Source of the DNA: an uncultured Solirubrobacterales bacterium
Lineage (GTDB): Bacteria > Actinomycetota > Thermoleophilia > Solirubrobacterales > 70-9
Direction: 5' to 3'
DNA length: 64,000 nt
NCBI GenBank assembly: GCA_963769035.1
Contig: CAVYKD010000001.1
Location: 83,415 to 147,414, forward strand
The notes beneath the pieces are model-generated. The model made no database searches. It saw nothing but the letters and a program-made list of their open reading frames with translations, and was not told the DNA's origin. Made by a program: the position numbers and the translations under genes. Positions 61,282-64,000 of this stretch are shown piece by piece (the stretch's first letter is position 1; each line of letters starts with the position of its first letter).

Positions 61282-62162
61282 GCGAGCTCCCCGAGCCGAC
61301 GGAGCTCGACGCGGGCCCGGCCTCGAGCAACGGCGCAAGCGCGAACGGCGCGTCGCGGAGCGCCGAGGAGCCGCTTCGACTCGGCGGGATGGCCCTGCGC
61401 AACGGCCTGCTGATCCACGGGCCGACCTCGTGGGCCGTCGCCGCCCGCTCCGCGACCGGCGAGGTCGAGGTCGCCTCGGGGGCGAAGCCGTCGCTCGCCC
61501 GCGGCCGGCTCGCGACCACGCCGATGCTTCGCGGCCCGCTGCGGCTCGCCGAGGCGCTCCTCGTCGTCCCGCTCGCACGGGCCCGGCTGCGCTCCGCCAG
61601 GCTCCCCTTCGAGGACCCCACGGTGCTCGCCGCGATGGCCGGCTCGATGGCCCTCTCGAACGCGATGCGCAGGCTCCATGCCCCATCGGTCGCCCGCGAG
61701 ACCGCGATCGCCCTGCTCGGCGCGCTGCCGGCGATCGCCGCGCTTCGCGATCGCGACCTCGCCGCGTATCACGGCGCCGAGCACAAGTCGATCGGCGGCT
61801 ACGAGAGCGGCACCGACCCGCTCGAGTTCCCGAAGGAGCACGGCCGCTGCGGCTCGAACCTGATCGGGCCGATGCTCGCCCTCTCGGTCACCGGCCAGGT
61901 GGTGGTCGAGAGGCTCTTCGAGGACCCGGGGCCGGTTCCGCGCGCGCTGGCCGCCCTCGTCGGAACCGGGGCCGCGGTCGAGCTCTTCGCCTACGCCGAG
62001 AAGCACCCCGACTCGCTTCCCGCGAGGGCGGTGCACGGACCCGGTCACGAGATCCAACGGCTGGTCTCGACCCGGGAGCCGACGGCGGCGCAGATGGAGG
62101 TCGGGCTGGCCGCTCTCGCCGAGGTGCTACGGGTCGAGGGCGTTGCTGCCGATAGCGGTTAG
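61278..62162 (+). CDS. DUF1385-family membrane-associated protein
   Basis: GTG 61278 overlaps the M20 stop (GTGA). GGMALRNGLLIHGP…, YHGAEHKSIGGYE, HGRCGSNL. Read in the last part of ORF 60090-62162. Confidence 0.7.
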   Translation: MSELPEPTELDAGPASSNGASANGASRSAEEPLRLGGMALRNGLLIHGPTSWAVAARSATGEVEVASGAKPSLARGRLATTPMLRGPLRLAEALLVVPLARARLRSARLPFEDPTVLAAMAGSMALSNAMRRLHAPSVARETAIALLGALPAIAALRDRDLAAYHGAEHKSIGGYESGTDPLEFPKEHGRCGSNLIGPMLALSVTGQVVVERLFEDPGPVPRALAALVGTGAAVELFAYAEKHPDSLPARAVHGPGHEIQRLVSTREPTAAQMEVGLAALAEVLRVEGVAADSG

Positions 62163-62188
62163 GCAGGTCCCTCCACGCCCCTTTCCCG

Positions 62189-63745
62189 ATGACGATCTCC
62201 TCCCTCCTAGGTCTCGATCTCCACTGGGACCTCTACACCCTGAGCACGCTGCTGATGCTCGTGTTCATGGGGCTGATCGCGTTCTTCGTCATCCGCACCT
62301 TCCGGCTGATGCCGAAGACGAAGCCGCAGGAGATCTCGGCGAAGTCGAAGACCGCCGTGACCTGGGAGGACGTCGCGGGAGTGGACGAGACCAAGGACGA
62401 GCTTCGCGAGGTGGTCGACTTCCTCTCCGACCCGAAGCGCTTCAAGCAGCTCGGCGCGACCGTTCCGAAGGGAATCCTCCTTCACGGCCCGCCCGGGACG
62501 GGCAAGACGCTGCTCGCCAAGGCGGTCGCGCAGGAGTCCGGGGCGAACTTCTTCAGCCAGTCGGCGTCCTCGTTTGTCGAGATGTTCGCCGGCCTCGGCG
62601 CCGCCCGGATCCGGCGCCTCTTCCGCGAGGCGCGCGACAACGCGCCGGCGATCATCTTCATCGACGAGCTCGACGCTGTCGGCGCGCAGCGCGGCTCCGA
62701 CGTCTCCGGCGAGCGCGACCAGACGCTGAACCAGCTGCTGGTCGAGATGGACGGCTTCAACTCGCGCGACAACGTCGTCGTGATGGCCGCCTCGAACCTG
62801 CTCGAGAAGCTCGACCGGGCGCTCCTGCGCCCGGGCCGCTTCGACCGCCAGGTCTTCGTCCCGCCGCCCGACATGGCCGGCCGCAAGCAGATCCTCGCGG
62901 TGCACACCCGCAACAAGCCGCTCGGCCAGGACGTCGACCTCGAGCGGGTCGCCCGCCATGCCGCCGGGCTGACCGGCGCCGATCTCGCCAACCTCGCCAA
63001 CGAGGCCGCGATCATGGCTGGGCGCGCCAAGCGTGACTTCATCGCCCAGGCGGACTTCGAGAACGCCTTCGAGCGGGTGATCGCAGGGCTGCAGTCGCGC
63101 AAGATCATCACCGACAGCGAGAAGCGCGTGGTCGCCTGGCACGAGGCCGGGCACGCGCTCGTCTCCGAGCTGTTGCCGACCGTCGACAAGGTGCAGAAGG
63201 TCTCGATCGTCCCGCGCGGCAAGGCGCTCGGCTACACCCTCAACCTCCCCCAGGAGGATCGCTACCTGAAGTCGCGCGAGGAGCTGATCGACTACATGAA
63301 GGTGCTGCTCGCCGGACGGGTCTCCGAGCAGATCACCTTCGGCAGGATCACCACCGGCGCCTCCGACGACCTCAAGCGGGTCAGCGCGATCGCCCGCTCG
63401 ATGGTCTACGAGTACGCGATGGGAACCACGATCCGCGCCCACCACCTGCCCGCGGACGACTTCACCTCCTCGGAGGCGCTGCGGCGCACCCGCGACGAGG
63501 AGGTCGGGGCGATCGCCGACGAGGCATACCGCGGCGCCCACCGGCTGCTCGCCGACCATCGCGACCTGCTCGACCTGATCGCCGAGCGCCTGCTCGCCAA
63601 CGAGGTGATCGAGCGCGAGGAGATCCAGCGGATCATGGCCGCGAGCCGCGAGAGCCCGGAGCGCCCGACCGAGCCGCTCGACGCCTCGGCGGGGATGCCG
63701 GCTGAGGCGATCGCGAGCGAGCCCCCGCCCCCGGACGCCGGGTAG
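62189..63745 (+). CDS. ftsH: FtsH-type AAA+ zinc metalloprotease paralog with a single N-terminal TM and no extracytoplasmic domain
   Basis: Intact 518 aa. One TM (LSTLLMLVFMGLIAFFVI). Walker A GPPGTGKT at about residue 103, Walker B IIFIDELD, SRH region, zinc site WHEAGHAL. Confidence 0.88.
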   Translation: MTISSLLGLDLHWDLYTLSTLLMLVFMGLIAFFVIRTFRLMPKTKPQEISAKSKTAVTWEDVAGVDETKDELREVVDFLSDPKRFKQLGATVPKGILLHGPPGTGKTLLAKAVAQESGANFFSQSASSFVEMFAGLGAARIRRLFREARDNAPAIIFIDELDAVGAQRGSDVSGERDQTLNQLLVEMDGFNSRDNVVVMAASNLLEKLDRALLRPGRFDRQVFVPPPDMAGRKQILAVHTRNKPLGQDVDLERVARHAAGLTGADLANLANEAAIMAGRAKRDFIAQADFENAFERVIAGLQSRKIITDSEKRVVAWHEAGHALVSELLPTVDKVQKVSIVPRGKALGYTLNLPQEDRYLKSREELIDYMKVLLAGRVSEQITFGRITTGASDDLKRVSAIARSMVYEYAMGTTIRAHHLPADDFTSSEALRRTRDEEVGAIADEAYRGAHRLLADHRDLLDLIAERLLANEVIEREEIQRIMAASRESPERPTEPLDASAGMPAEAIASEPPPPDAG

Positions 63746-63776
63746 GCGCCGGGGGCCGGGAGCGGTTCTCAGCGCC

Positions 63777-64000
63777 TCAGCGCGTCGCCAGGTCGGCGCG
63801 GTAGTCGAGCCCGTAGGGCTCCAGCTCGGCGCCGCGCCGCGCCGTCGTCCTCGCCGACGCCGTCGCCAGCGGGTTCGGCTCGCTGACGAAGTGCAGCGAG
63901 GAGTGCGCGACCGCGTCGGACATCTGGTCGAGCGAGGTCGCGCCGTTGCCGGTCAGCCCGGGGACTCCCGAGCCCGAGCCGAAGACGGAGTCGAACGTGT
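63777..64000 (-). CDS. 3' end of an unidentified gene running off the window
   Basis: Open frame with roughly 95% GC3 by eye (…TFDSVFGSGSGVPGLTGNGATSLDQMSDAVAHSSLHFVSEPNPL…YGLDYRADLATR, ending at TGA 63777-63779). Not in the ORF track because no start lies inside the window. Confidence 0.5.
   Translation of the reverse strand, partial: TFDSVFGSGSGVPGLTGNGATSLDQMSDAVAHSSLHFVSEPNPLATASARTTARRGAELEPYGLDYRADLATR

Overview
This is a high-GC (about 70% or more by eye) chromosomal core region. Gene order (rpsF-ssb-rpsR-rplI-dnaB), a TreT-type trehalose synthase and codon bias suggest a deep-branching Actinomycetota such as Thermoleophilia or Rubrobacteria; this placement is inference only. I can support about 64 protein genes and one tRNA-Arg(CCT). 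I saw no rRNA, CRISPR array, transposase, integrase or recognisable defence gene.

Gene content in order:
- thyX (long form), a secreted S1 peptidase, small hypotheticals, an SDR and a prepilin-like ORF.
- Acyl-CoA carboxylase alpha, a large membrane protein and purA.
- The replication/ribosomal block: DnaC/DnaI-like loader, dnaB, rplI, rpsR, ssb, rpsF.
- otsA, treT, an HtrA protease, and a histidine kinase plus OmpR-type regulator.
- An M28-like membrane protein, thiL, a class A PBP, an MscS channel, a HAD hydrolase, a CPBP protease, an L,D-transpeptidase and pyrE.
- A lipoprotein / coiled-coil / adenylate cyclase trio and tRNA-Arg.
- PfkB kinase, class II aldolase, a Tat amine oxidase and a beta-propeller protein.
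- galT, an SPFH/NfeD pair, a TlpA-like thioredoxin, a large SF2 helicase, birA and DUF62.
- An RTX-like secreted protein, then cobA/hemD, hemC, hemA, ccmD, ccmC, ccmB, ccmA.
- An aldehyde dehydrogenase, rarA, an M20 peptidase, DUF1385 and a short FtsH paralog.

Major caveat: many genes, including essential ones, are broken by single-base frame changes. These cluster in kb-scale blocks that alternate with perfectly clean blocks. I read them as sequence-quality artefacts rather than pseudogenes, so I annotated full-length loci across the breaks.

Most interesting candidates:
- An intact DnaC/DnaI-type loader with an N-terminal Cys cluster, coupled to dnaB.
- A ccmABCD module fused into a hemA-hemC-cobA/hemD operon with no ccmEFGH visible.
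- A co-directional run of two-component system, HtrA, TreT and OtsA.
- A translationally coupled DUF62-birA pair.
- Sec-exported RTX-repeat proteins that share a Cys-containing C-terminal module.

I found no clear novel defence-type system. All functional calls come from motif recognition by eye, not database searches.
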